Shown: piece by piece, positions 49,947 to 58,646 of the stretch
Layout: every line of letters starts with the position of its first letter
Position numbering within the stretch: position 1 is the stretch's first letter
From: Candidatus Rokuibacteriota bacterium
GTDB lineage: Bacteria > Methylomirabilota > Methylomirabilia > Rokubacteriales > CSP1-6
DNA: 64,000 nt
Direction: 5' to 3'
Assembly (NCBI GenBank): GCA_023249095.1
Contig: JAHFDK010000008.1
Coordinates: 9,322-73,321 of the forward strand
The notes under the pieces: model-generated
Told to the model about the DNA's origin: nothing
Seen by the model: only the letters and a program-made list of their open reading frames with translations
Database searches by the model: none
Translations under genes and position numbers: made by a program

Positions 49947-50201
49947 GCTGAAGCGTCGGCTCGGCCGTCGACCGGCCTCACCTCCTGCTGTCGAGCCGCT
50001 GAAGCGTCGGCTCGGCCGTCGAGCGGCCTCACCTCCTACTGTCGAGCCGCTGAAGCGTCGGCTCGGCCGTCGACCGGCCTCACCTCCTACTGTCGAGCCG
50101 CTGAAGCGTCGGCTCGGCCGTCGACCGGCCTCACCTCCTACTGTCGAGCCGCTGAAGCGTCGGCTCGGCCGTCGACCGGCCTCACCTCCTACTGCGGGGC
50201 G
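49947..50201. repeat. Five tandem copies of a 51-bp unit (gctgaagcgtcggctcggccgtcgaccggcctcacctcctactgtcgagcc)
   Basis: Copies begin at 49947, 49998, 50049, 50100 and 50151, nearly identical with 1-2 substitutions. They lie in the speB / speH divergent intergenic region. Confidence 0.9.
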
Positions 50202-50296
50202 TGCGCTCGCGGCTTCGAGCGACGACTGGCCGTGTCTCGGCAGCCGACTCACGCCGACGACTTTGGGCTTCGGATCGCCGCAAATGTGTTTTTTTC

Positions 50297-50325
50297 TTGC
50301 AATGGGTAAAAACGGACCCTACAGT
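50297..50325 (+). promoter_or_regulatory. Candidate sigma-70 promoter TTGCAA-N17-TACAGT upstream of speH, in a locally AT-rich stretch
   Basis: -35 at 50297-50302 and -10 at 50320-50325. It is followed by a 110-nt leader containing a perfect 7-bp hairpin (GCGACGC gaatga GCGTCGC, 50380-50399). Confidence 0.35.
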
Positions 50326-50437
50326 GAAACAAGTTTCGTGGTGGAAGCGAAATTTTTTCGAACGTAATGGCGACGCGAATGAGCGTCGCAGGAGAGGTGC
50401 GGTAGATGAACGGACCGGAAAAAGGGGGACCACACGA

Positions 50438-50833
50438 TTGAACGCCCTGGGACGACACCTGCTGCTCGAGATGTTCGATTGCGACCCCGACGCCATCAAC
50501 AACCTCGAGGCCGTCAAGGGGGCCCTGGTCGAAGCAGCGAAGCGGGCCCAAGCAACCATCGTCGACGTCGTCTTCCACGAGTTCAACCCGTTCGGCATCA
50601 GCGGAGTCGTCGTCATCGCTGAATCGCACCTCGCGATCCATACCTGGCCGGAGTACCGGTACGCAGCGGTGGACATCTTTTCCTGCGGCGAGACCCTCCA
50701 GCCGGAGGTCGCCGCCAACTATCTGGTCGAGCAATTCGCGGCGGAGCGCACCTCGATCGTCGAGATGCAGCGGGGCATGTTCCTCAACTCGGCGGTGCCG
50801 ATCAGCAATAGGAATCCGGTCTCCGTCAGTTGA
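50438..50833 (+). CDS. speH: S-adenosylmethionine decarboxylase proenzyme (SpeH-type, class 1)
   Basis: Autoprocessing site and core motif VVIAESHLAIHTWPEYRYAAVDIFSCG. TTG start at 50438 follows an AAAAAGGGGGA RBS. The upstream part of ORF 50201..50833 just translates the repeat and leader. Confidence 0.8.
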   Translation: MNALGRHLLLEMFDCDPDAINNLEAVKGALVEAAKRAQATIVDVVFHEFNPFGISGVVVIAESHLAIHTWPEYRYAAVDIFSCGETLQPEVAANYLVEQFAAERTSIVEMQRGMFLNSAVPISNRNPVSVS

Positions 50834-51750
50834 TCAATTCGCAGTCCTACAAGTGGTTCTTCGAGACCACGACGGCGTTCGAAGGGCACATGCACGCCAT
50901 CGCCCGGACCATCGTGGAGGCCCAGACCAAGTTCCAGCACGTTGAGATCTTGCAGACGGCCGCCTACGGCAAGACGCTGGTGCTCGACGGTCGGATCCAG
51001 TCCAGCCAGGGTGACGAGTTCATCTACCACGAGGCCCTGGTTCACCCGGGAATGCTCACGACCGAAGGCCCCCCCAGGAGCGCCCTGGTGATCGGCGGTG
51101 GAGAGGGCGCGACGCTCCGGGAAATCCTGAGATACCCCTCAATCACGCGTGCCGTCATGGTGGACATCGACGGCGAGGTGGTCGAGCTCTGCAAGACTCA
51201 TCTCCCCGAGATGCATCAGGGCGCGTTCGACGACCCGAGGACCGAGGTCAGGCACGAGGACGCGCGGGCGTACCTGGAGAAAAGCAACGACCGTTTCGAC
51301 TTCATCACGGTCGACCTCGTCGAGCCGCTCGAGGAGGGCCCGGCCTGCATGCTCTTCACCCAGGAGTTCTACGCCCTCGTGCGAGACCGGCTCACGCCCG
51401 GCGGGACGATGACGATGCAGGCGGGCATGACGAAGCTCGGAGAGCTCGGGTTCTTCACGTCGATCCACCGAACCCTTCGCGAGATCTTTCCGGTGGTCGC
51501 CGCCTATCAGAGCTTCATCTCCTGTTTCGGCACCCCCTGGGGGTTCATCGTCGCGTCGAAGACGGTCGATCCAGCCCGTCAAGGGGCTCAGGCGGTGGAC
51601 AAGCTCATCGCCGAGAGGGTCAAGGGCTCACTCGAGTACTGGGACGGCGTGACTCACCAGCACGCCTTCAGCCTCCCGAAGTTCATCCGCAAGGCTGTCG
51701 CGAAACAGACCCGTATCGTCACCGACGCGCACCCCCTGATCTTCGCCTGA
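50830..51750 (+). CDS. speE: Spermidine synthase
   Basis: Tetramerisation N-terminus (WFFETTTAFEG...QHVEI) and GGGEGATLREIL SAM motif. TTG start overlaps the speH stop. Confidence 0.9.
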   Translation: MINSQSYKWFFETTTAFEGHMHAIARTIVEAQTKFQHVEILQTAAYGKTLVLDGRIQSSQGDEFIYHEALVHPGMLTTEGPPRSALVIGGGEGATLREILRYPSITRAVMVDIDGEVVELCKTHLPEMHQGAFDDPRTEVRHEDARAYLEKSNDRFDFITVDLVEPLEEGPACMLFTQEFYALVRDRLTPGGTMTMQAGMTKLGELGFFTSIHRTLREIFPVVAAYQSFISCFGTPWGFIVASKTVDPARQGAQAVDKLIAERVKGSLEYWDGVTHQHAFSLPKFIRKAVAKQTRIVTDAHPLIFA

Positions 51751-51763
51751 AGGTCGTTCTCAG

Positions 51764-52030
51764 ATGGCAGCCCAGCGCGGCATCGGGCTGATCCTCCTGG
51801 TCGTCATCGCCGGCTTGGTCGTGGGCTCCCTTCTCGGCGAGATTCTCGGCAGCCTTCTCCCGGCCGGCCGCGCCCAGGACTTGATCACGCGCGGGCCGAC
51901 GATCGGCCTCGCGCCGCCCGCGACACTGGATCTGCGATTCCTGGCCATGACCTTCGGCCTGAGCCTCAAGGTCAATCTGGTCGGCGTCGTGGGGATCGTC
52001 CTCGCCGCGGTCACTCTTCGCCGTCTCTAG
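51764..52030 (+). CDS. DUF4321-like small membrane protein
   Basis: 88 aa with two TM segments, GSLLGEILGSLLP and a conserved LDLRFLAMTFGLSLKVNL pattern, as recalled for DUF4321. Confidence 0.5.
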   Translation: MAAQRGIGLILLVVIAGLVVGSLLGEILGSLLPAGRAQDLITRGPTIGLAPPATLDLRFLAMTFGLSLKVNLVGVVGIVLAAVTLRRL

Positions 52031-52183
52031 GCGGCTCGCCGGGGGGAGGGCGTGAGGGGACCGGCCGGTATCCGACTGCTGCGATCCGGGACTTGAAGAT
52101 CATGTGCGCAGCGCGAGGTCAACGCTGACTACACGGATCCCGGCCGGTCCCCTCACGCCCTCCCCCCGGCGACCCGACTAGAG
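52025..52183. repeat. Foldback element copy C: 38-bp near-perfect inverted arms (52037-52074 / 52134-52171, one mismatch; imperfect extension to about 50 bp) around a 59-nt core
   Basis: Arms cgccggggggagggcgtgaggggaccggccggtatccg and its reverse complement. Core begins ACTGCTGCGAT and ends CGCTGACTACA. The extended arms reach the upstream TAG stop and the maf ATG. Confidence 0.85.
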
Positions 52184-52185
52184 CC

Positions 52186-52767
52186 ATGAGGTTGATCCTG
52201 GCGTCGGCATCCCCGCGACGGCGGGAGCTTCTGCGTGGAATTTGTCCGGAGTTCGAGGTGATACCGAGCGAGATCGAGGAGACGCTGGACGGCGGGCCGA
52301 CCCCCGACGCCGTCGCCGAGCTCGCCCTTCGCAAGGCTCGGGCGGTCGCCGCCTGCGCCGGCGCCGCGATCGTCCTGGCGGCGGACACGATCGTCGTCAT
52401 CGACGGCATGCCACTCGGCAAGCCGTCCGGCCGCGAGGAAGCCCGCGACATGCTCGTCCGCTTGCGGGGCCGACTGCACGAGGTCATGACGGGCGTCGCA
52501 ATCGTGGACGGCACGACCGGCCGCGCCGCATCCACGACGGTCGTGAGCCGCGTGATCATGGCAGCGTACCCGGATGCGACGATCGAGACGTACGTGGCAT
52601 CGGGCGCGCCGCTCGACAAGGCCGGCGCCTACGCGATTCAGGATCTTCAGGGCGCACTGGTCGACGGCATCGTCGGCTCGTACACCAACGTCATCGGGCT
52701 GCCCGTGGAGACGACGCGCCGGCTTTTGGAAGGATTCGGCGTCGTCAGCGAGCGGTCGGGGCCTTGA
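52186..52767 (+). CDS. maf: Maf-like nucleoside triphosphate pyrophosphatase (septum formation protein Maf)
   Basis: LILASASPRRRELL N-terminus plus AADTIV and GKP motifs. Confidence 0.85.
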   Translation: MRLILASASPRRRELLRGICPEFEVIPSEIEETLDGGPTPDAVAELALRKARAVAACAGAAIVLAADTIVVIDGMPLGKPSGREEARDMLVRLRGRLHEVMTGVAIVDGTTGRAASTTVVSRVIMAAYPDATIETYVASGAPLDKAGAYAIQDLQGALVDGIVGSYTNVIGLPVETTRRLLEGFGVVSERSGP

Positions 52768-53695
52768 TCTGAAGCATTTCCTCGGGGCGCGGGATCCGAA
52801 CCGACTGGGGCAGGGGCGTGTGCGCCCGGATGATCGCGATCGTCTGCTGGATCTGGTCGGCGGAGACCAGGCCGTCGGGCAGATAGAGCGGGCGCGAGGT
52901 TGTGAAGCGGGCCGCGAAGTCCTCGGGCTCGCCCACCACCTGTGTCGGAAGCTTGCCGGCCACCTCGCGGGCCTCGCCGGTCCGGATGCGCTGCTCGGCC
53001 TTTCTAAGGGCCCGCGTCATGGCGAACAGGTCCCGGTCTGGAGGGCGCCGGTCGGCGCGGGCGAAGACCGCGGCGTTCACAGTACTGGTTCCCAGTGTCT
53101 CGGCGACGGCGCGCGGGGTTCGAAAATCGGCGAGCAATTTGGCCCGCCCCTGGCTCAGAAGCTGGGTGGCCATCGGCTCGGGGACGAGCGCGACGTGGAC
53201 CTCGCCGGAGTCGATAGCGGCGACGAGCCCCCGTCCGCCGAGGCTCATCACGCTGACCTGGGCGACGCTCTTTCCCGCTCGCGCAAGGAGCCAGCCGAAC
53301 CACGCGTGCTCGGGCGCGCCCGGCGTCGTGACCCCGACTCGCAGCGCGGACAGGTCGTCGATGGAGCGGACGGTGCCGACGTGGGATGCCCCGACCAGCA
53401 GAGCGACCGGCGGTGCAGCCGTGAGCCCGAAGACGAGCCGCGGCGCCTGGCTCGGCGCCCGGAGGCCGAAGCGCAGCATCGCCTCGAGCGTCGTCGCCGC
53501 GAGGTCGGCCTGGCCCTGGGCCAGCGCCTCGGCGGCTCCCGATTCGGCCCGGGTCGTCTTGACCCTGACGGCAAGCCCCTCGAGCGCGAAGTAGCCCTCA
53601 GCCTCCGCAACCCGAATGGGAAGGTACTCCGGTGAGGTGGGCGGGCCGCTCACCGCGAGGACCAGGGTCTGCAGAAGAACGATGAGCCCGAGCAT
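52745..53695 (-). CDS. ABC transporter substrate-binding protein (NMT1/THI5-like, nitrate/sulfonate/bicarbonate type)
   Basis: Start chosen at MLGLIVLLQTLVLAVSG (signal peptide). Periplasmic-binding fold recalled as NMT1-like. Confidence 0.5.
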   Translation of the reverse strand: MLGLIVLLQTLVLAVSGPPTSPEYLPIRVAEAEGYFALEGLAVRVKTTRAESGAAEALAQGQADLAATTLEAMLRFGLRAPSQAPRLVFGLTAAPPVALLVGASHVGTVRSIDDLSALRVGVTTPGAPEHAWFGWLLARAGKSVAQVSVMSLGGRGLVAAIDSGEVHVALVPEPMATQLLSQGRAKLLADFRTPRAVAETLGTSTVNAAVFARADRRPPDRDLFAMTRALRKAEQRIRTGEAREVAGKLPTQVVGEPEDFAARFTTSRPLYLPDGLVSADQIQQTIAIIRAHTPLPQSVRIPRPEEMLQIKAPTAR

Positions 53696-54407
53696 CGGCT
53701 CAGCGCCCCAAGCGCGGCCGGGGCGGCGCAGGATACCCCGGGATCGCGCCAAGCGCCGACTGCTGCGCCTGTACGGGGCGCTGCTCCGGCGCTTCGGCCG
53801 CCAGCGCTGGTGGCCCGGCCGCACGCCCTACGAGGTCGCTGTTGGCGCCGTGCTTACCCAGCACACCGCGTGGGTCAATGCCGCCCTCGCCATCGCAGCG
53901 CTCCGCTCCCGCCGGCTGCTGACGCCCGCCCGGGTCGCCGACCTCTCGGTCTCCGATCTGGCGCGCGTGATCCGCCCGGCCGGCACCCACCGCGTGAAGG
54001 CGCGCCGGCTCCACGCGCTGACGCGCTGGCTCGTGGAGCGCTCGAGCGGGAGCTTCGATCGGATGCGGACGGCACCGCTCGGCCCGCTGCGCCGGAGCCT
54101 GCTCGAGATCCCCGGACTCGGCCCGGAGACAGCCGATGCAATCCTTCTCTATGCCGTGGGCCGGCCAGTGTTCGTCGCCGACGCCTATGCGCGCCGCGTT
54201 CTCGCTCGCCACCGTCTGATCGGCCCGACGGCGGGCTATGAAGAGGCCCGCGCGTGGCTCGAGGCACACCTGCCGTCCGATCCCGGCCTGTTCAACGAGT
54301 TTCACGCGCTGCTCGTGGCTGTCGGCAAGTCGAACTGCCGCACCGTGCCGCGCTGCGACGACTGCCCGTTGCGCCCGGATCTCCGGGGCCAGGCCCCCGC
54401 GCGTTGA
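53682..54407 (+). CDS. Endonuclease III-like HhH-GPD base-excision glycosylase with C-terminal 4Fe-4S loop
   Basis: RWWPGRTPYEVAVGAVLTQHT, HhH motif (LLEIPGLGPETADAIL), GPD Asp and the CRTVPRCDDCPL cluster motif. Start is at M 53682 or nearby. Confidence 0.7.
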   Translation: MSPSIGSAPQARPGRRRIPRDRAKRRLLRLYGALLRRFGRQRWWPGRTPYEVAVGAVLTQHTAWVNAALAIAALRSRRLLTPARVADLSVSDLARVIRPAGTHRVKARRLHALTRWLVERSSGSFDRMRTAPLGPLRRSLLEIPGLGPETADAILLYAVGRPVFVADAYARRVLARHRLIGPTAGYEEARAWLEAHLPSDPGLFNEFHALLVAVGKSNCRTVPRCDDCPLRPDLRGQAPAR

Positions 54408-54429
54408 CCGGGCCCGGGCGCTTGGAGGG

Positions 54430-55536
54430 TCATCGGCAGAAGTCCCAGAGGAGAGCGACGATTCGCTCCGCGGCGTCGGGGACGGCGAGAGTCCGCGCGT
54501 GCTCGCCCATCTGCTTCAGTCCCGCGGGGTCGGCGAGGAGCGCGCGAACCTCGCGAACGAGCCGCTCCGTCGTGAGCATCGACTGGGGGAGCACGACCGC
54601 GCCTCCGACGCGCTCGACGATCCGCGCGTTCTCCGTTTGCTCGTCACCACGGGTCCCGGGCAGCGGAACGTACAGCGCGGGCACGCCGAGCTGGCAGCAC
54701 TCGTTCACCGTCCCGGCCCCCGCGCGGGCGACCACGAGCGCCGCCGCGGCATAGATCCCGGCGAGCTCGGCGCCGATGTAGGGCACGACAGTGTAGCGGC
54801 GCGCCAGGGCTGGAGGCAGCGCGGCGCGCCGGTCTTCGAGCCACTGGCGATCACCCGTGGCCGGGTTCTCGCCACACTGATGGATGAGCTGCGCCTGCTC
54901 GGCGAGCGACGCCAACGCGTCCCCGACGACCCGATTGATCCGGTGAGCGCCCAGGGCGCCGCCGGTGACGTACACGAGGGGGACGACCGGATCGAGCTGG
55001 AAGCGGGCGATGGCGCTCGACCTCGAGCCCGCGCGGAGCTCGGGCCGGAGGGGATTGCCCGTCACGACCACGCGGGCTGCGGGAAGGCGGCCCGCCCGGT
55101 CGGGAAACGTGACCGCGATACGGCGCGCGAACCGGGCGCCGATCCGGTTCGCGAGGCCCGGGACCGCCGTCTGCTCGTGGAGGACGACAGGCAACCGCAG
55201 GAGCGCGGCGCCGAACACGACGGGAAGCGCAACGAAGCCGCCGGTGCCGAAGACGACGCGGGGGCGGAGGGTCCGCAAGATGCGAAGGACGCTCAGCGTA
55301 CCCGCCGGCACGTTGACGAGGAGGTCCGCCACGTTCTGCCACGCCCAGTAGCGCCTGAGCTTGCCGGTGGAGATGGCGATGTACGGGATGCCGCTCTGAG
55401 GCACGCGCTGAGCTTCGATGCCGGAGCGAGAGCCGATCCAGGCGCACGTCCTCGAGCGCTCGCGCAGGAGGGCCGCGACAGCCAGGCCCGGGCTCGTGTG
55501 GCCGCCCGTGCCGCCGCCCGCGATGACGACGTCCAC
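54430..55536 (-). CDS. murG: Undecaprenyldiphospho-muramoylpentapeptide beta-N-acetylglucosaminyltransferase
   Basis: VDVVIAGGGTGGHTSPGLAV N-terminus plus the C-terminal GT28 domain. GTG at 55534-55536 is preferred over the upstream TTG at 55596, which would translate the 46-bp repeats. Confidence 0.85.
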   Translation of the reverse strand: MDVVIAGGGTGGHTSPGLAVAALLRERSRTCAWIGSRSGIEAQRVPQSGIPYIAISTGKLRRYWAWQNVADLLVNVPAGTLSVLRILRTLRPRVVFGTGGFVALPVVFGAALLRLPVVLHEQTAVPGLANRIGARFARRIAVTFPDRAGRLPAARVVVTGNPLRPELRAGSRSSAIARFQLDPVVPLVYVTGGALGAHRINRVVGDALASLAEQAQLIHQCGENPATGDRQWLEDRRAALPPALARRYTVVPYIGAELAGIYAAAALVVARAGAGTVNECCQLGVPALYVPLPGTRGDEQTENARIVERVGGAVVLPQSMLTTERLVREVRALLADPAGLKQMGEHARTLAVPDAAERIVALLWDFCR

Positions 55537-55559
55537 TGGAGTTAACCGTCGGAGCGCCT

Positions 55560-55658
55560 CCGCAGAGCCTCCGGCGCTCGACGTTCGGGGAGTCAACCCG
55601 CGAGCTCCTGGTCCGCAGAGCCTCCGGCGCTCGACGTTCGGGGAGTCAACTCGCGAGC
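55560..55658. repeat. Two direct copies of a 46-bp unit (ccgcagagcctccggcgctcgacgttcggggagtcaac[c/t]cgcgagc) separated by 7 bp
   Basis: Copies at 55560-55605 and 55613-55658. They lie in the ddl-murG spacer, slightly overlapping the ddl 3' end. Confidence 0.85.
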
Positions 55659-56794
55659 CCCGTGGCCGGCCCGGTTCCCCCCTTGTCGTGATGACGCTCG
55701 AGGGCGAGCTCGATCAGGCGGTCGATCAGCGCGGTGTAGCCGAGCCCGGAGGCCGCCCACATCTTCGCGTAGCCGCTCGTCGCAGTGAAGCCGGGGATCG
55801 TGTTGATCTCGTTGACCAGCACGCGATCGCCCTCGAGAAAAAAGTCGACGCGCGCCATGCCCGAACAGTCGACCGCGCGGAAGGCGGCGATCGCCAGCTC
55901 GCGGATCCGCCCTGTGGTCTCGGGCGACACGGGCGCTGGCACGGTGACTCGCGCCTGGCCCTCCAGGTACTTGGTCGAATAGTCGTACCAGTCGGCGTCG
56001 TAACTGATCTCGCCAGGGAACGAGGCGATCGGCTCGTCGTTGCCGAGCACGCTCACCTCGATCTCACGCCCCCGCACGGCGCGCTCGACGAGGATCTTGC
56101 GATCGTGACGAGCGGCGAGATCTACCGCGGCGGCCAGCGCTCCCGCCTCGCTCACCTTGCTGATCCCGACGCTCGAGCCCAGGTTCGAGGGCTTGACGAA
56201 GCAGGGAAAGCCGACGGTCTCGGCCACACGCGCCGCGACGCGATCGGGCGCGCTGCGCCACTCGTGTCGGGTGACCACGACGTGCTCGACGATGGGCAGG
56301 CCGTGAGCCTGGAACACGGCCTTCATCGTGACCTTGTCCATCCCGACGGCGGAAGCGAGAACGCCCGCGCCGACGTACGGAACGTCGGCGAGCTCGAACA
56401 GGCCCTGGATCGTGCCGTCCTCGCCGTACGGACCGTGCAGCATGATCACGACCACGTCCAGTCCCTGGCGGAGCTCGGGTGGGAGACTGCCGGCGGGCTC
56501 GGTGCGTGCGAGGCTCTTGACGGAGGCGCTCTCGACGGCTTCGGCGCGGTTCGCGAGAGCCTTCTTCACGGCCCCGTCGGCGTCGTCCGACGGGAGCGCG
56601 ACGCGCGCCTCGGCCGCGAGCGCCCGCAGGGGATCGCCGCCGACGACCCAGCGCCCGTTGCGAGCGATGCCGATCGGGACGACGGCGTGACCGCGCTCCT
56701 CGAGCGCGGCGATCACCGACGCCGCGGAGGCGAGCGACACCTCGTGCTCCCCGGAGCGGCCGCCGAAGACGACGCCCACGCGCAGGCGAGACAT
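55646..56794 (-). CDS. ddl: D-alanine--D-alanine ligase
   Basis: MSRLRVGVVFGGRSGEHEVSL N-terminus and ATP-grasp motifs. The upstream 67 codons of the ORF are rejected. Confidence 0.9.
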   Translation of the reverse strand: MSRLRVGVVFGGRSGEHEVSLASAASVIAALEERGHAVVPIGIARNGRWVVGGDPLRALAAEARVALPSDDADGAVKKALANRAEAVESASVKSLARTEPAGSLPPELRQGLDVVVIMLHGPYGEDGTIQGLFELADVPYVGAGVLASAVGMDKVTMKAVFQAHGLPIVEHVVVTRHEWRSAPDRVAARVAETVGFPCFVKPSNLGSSVGISKVSEAGALAAAVDLAARHDRKILVERAVRGREIEVSVLGNDEPIASFPGEISYDADWYDYSTKYLEGQARVTVPAPVSPETTGRIRELAIAAFRAVDCSGMARVDFFLEGDRVLVNEINTIPGFTATSGYAKMWAASGLGYTALIDRLIELALERHHDKGGTGPATGLAS

Positions 56795-56852
56795 GCAAAT
56801 CATTCTAGCAGCACACGACGCGCGACCCGCCCGATCGAGTCCGACCGGGCGC

Positions 56853-57293
56853 CTACTGAGTCGCGATGAGGAGGGCCTTGGCGATGAGGCCCACGAACTC
56901 CCACGCCGGCTGCATCCACAGGTCGCGCAGGAGCCATACCGTGATGGCGACTCCGAGGTACGCCACGGCCAAGAAGATCCCCTGCGGCAGGTCACGAAAA
57001 GGAATGATCATGCGGAGGATGCCGGCCCCGATCGCCCCGAGGAACGCGACGACCCCGCCGGCAGCAGCCAGCGCCAGCGGTGTCAGCAGAAAGAACATGA
57101 ACGAGGTGACGATCGCCTCGCCCCGACCGATGGGGGTCGCGAACCGCTCGCGCACCGCCGGCTGATCCGCGAGCTGCTCGAGCGCCTGAGCGACCTTGGC
57201 CCAGCTCACGAAACCGCTGTACGAGAGGAGGAAGAGAAAGCAGATCGCCAGGACGACCCAGTGGCGCTTCTTGAGCAGGTTGAGCGGCCACAT
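56853..57293 (-). CDS. Hypothetical integral membrane protein
   Basis: 146 aa with four predicted TM helices; no family recognised. Confidence 0.4.
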   Translation of the reverse strand: MWPLNLLKKRHWVVLAICFLFLLSYSGFVSWAKVAQALEQLADQPAVRERFATPIGRGEAIVTSFMFFLLTPLALAAAGGVVAFLGAIGAGILRMIIPFRDLPQGIFLAVAYLGVAITVWLLRDLWMQPAWEFVGLIAKALLIATQ

Positions 57294-57310
57294 GGCTATA
57301 CCCTAGGCGC

Positions 57311-58645
57311 TCACCGCTCCGAGCGCCAGCGTCTCCACTCGGCGAGGCGGCGCCCCAGCTCGGCCTCGAGCCCACGGTCGGTCGGGCGATAGTACTGGCG
57401 CCCGCGGAGCGACTCGGGCAAGTCCTCCTGATCGACTCGCGCGCTTGGGGCGTCGTGGGCGTACTGATATCCCGCGCCGTAGCCCAGATCCTTCATGAGG
57501 CGCGTTGGAGCGTTGCGGATGTGCAGCGGCACAGGCTCCGCCGGCCGCTGGCTCACGTCCTCCTTCGCCTCGTTGTAGGCGGCATACACGGCGTTGGACT
57601 TCGGCGCGAGCGCCAGGTAGAGCGTCGCCTGGGCCAGGGCCAACTCCCCTTCGGGATCCCCGAGGAAGTCGTATGCCTCCTTCGCCGCGAGCGTGAGCGA
57701 GAGCGCGCCGGGGTCGGCGTTACCGACATCCTCGGAGGCGAAGCGCACCAGGCGGCGGGCGATGTAGAGCCGGTCCTCGCCGGCATCGAGCATGCGTGTG
57801 AGCCAGTAGAGCGCCGCGTCGGGATCCGAGTCGCGCAGCGACTTGTGGAGCGCCGAGATCAGGTTGTAGTGCTCCTCGCCGGACTTGTCGTAAAGGAGCG
57901 TCCGCCGCTGCGCCGCCTCCCGGATCGAAGCCTCGGTGACGCGCCGCCGGCCACCCGCGACGGGCGCCAGCAGCACGGCCAGCTCGAGTACGTTCAGCGC
58001 GACCCGCGCGTCACCGTTCGCCACGCCCGCGATCGAGCGAAGCGCCTCGGCGGTCACCTCGGGGTGGAGCTGGGCTAGGCCGCGCTCGCCGTCCGCGAGC
58101 GCCCGCCGCATGATCGCGAGCAAATCGTCCTCCTCGAGTCCGCGAAGGACATAGACCCGGCAGCGCGAAAGCAGCGCGGAATTCACCTCGAAGGACGGGT
58201 TCTCGGTCGTGGCGCCGACAAGGACGACCGTGCCTTTCTCAACGTGGGGGAGAAAGGCGTCCTGCTGGGCGCGGTTGAACCGGTGGATCTCGTCGACGAA
58301 GACGATGGTGCGCATCCCCTGGCGGGCGCGCTGGCGCTCCGCCTCGCCGATCACCTCGCGGATCTCCTTGACTCCCGACAGGACCGCCGAGAAGGCGACG
58401 AAGCGGGCTCCCGTCACGTGCGCCATCAACGACGCGAGTGTCGTCTTGCCGGAGCCCGGGGGACCCCAGAGAATCATCGAGTGCAGCTCGCCCGTCTCGA
58501 TCGCGGCTCGCAGCACCCGGCCGGTCCCCAGCAGATGCTCCTGCCCTACGATCTCGTCGAGCGAGCGCGGTCGCACCCGGTCGGCCAAGGGCGCCGGCGT
58601 CCGCGGGGCAGCCGCGGCTCGCTCGGGCTCTCCGAAGAGCTCCAC
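57311..58645 (-). CDS. rarA: Replication-associated recombination protein A (AAA+ ATPase)
   Basis: [13 protein letters not shown] Walker [11 protein letters not shown] Walker B / sensor, and a MgsA C-terminal domain. Confidence 0.9.
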   Translation of the reverse strand: MELFGEPERAAAAPRTPAPLADRVRPRSLDEIVGQEHLLGTGRVLRAAIETGELHSMILWGPPGSGKTTLASLMAHVTGARFVAFSAVLSGVKEIREVIGEAERQRARQGMRTIVFVDEIHRFNRAQQDAFLPHVEKGTVVLVGATTENPSFEVNSALLSRCRVYVLRGLEEDDLLAIMRRALADGERGLAQLHPEVTAEALRSIAGVANGDARVALNVLELAVLLAPVAGGRRRVTEASIREAAQRRTLLYDKSGEEHYNLISALHKSLRDSDPDAALYWLTRMLDAGEDRLYIARRLVRFASEDVGNADPGALSLTLAAKEAYDFLGDPEGELALAQATLYLALAPKSNAVYAAYNEAKEDVSQRPAEPVPLHIRNAPTRLMKDLGYGAGYQYAHDAPSARVDQEDLPESLRGRQYYRPTDRGLEAELGRRLAEWRRWRSER

Positions 58646-58646
58646 G

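Noticed and set aside
49782-50252. 156-codon minus-strand ORF with perfect 17-residue protein repeats
   Set aside because: It is simply the 51-bp tandem array read in one frame. It has no start context, and the same DNA is equally open in other frames.
52100-52130. 8-codon ORF (ATGTGCGCAGCGCGAGGTCAACGCTGA) inside the core of foldback copy C
   Set aside because: Too short and not conserved in copy B's core. There is no RBS.
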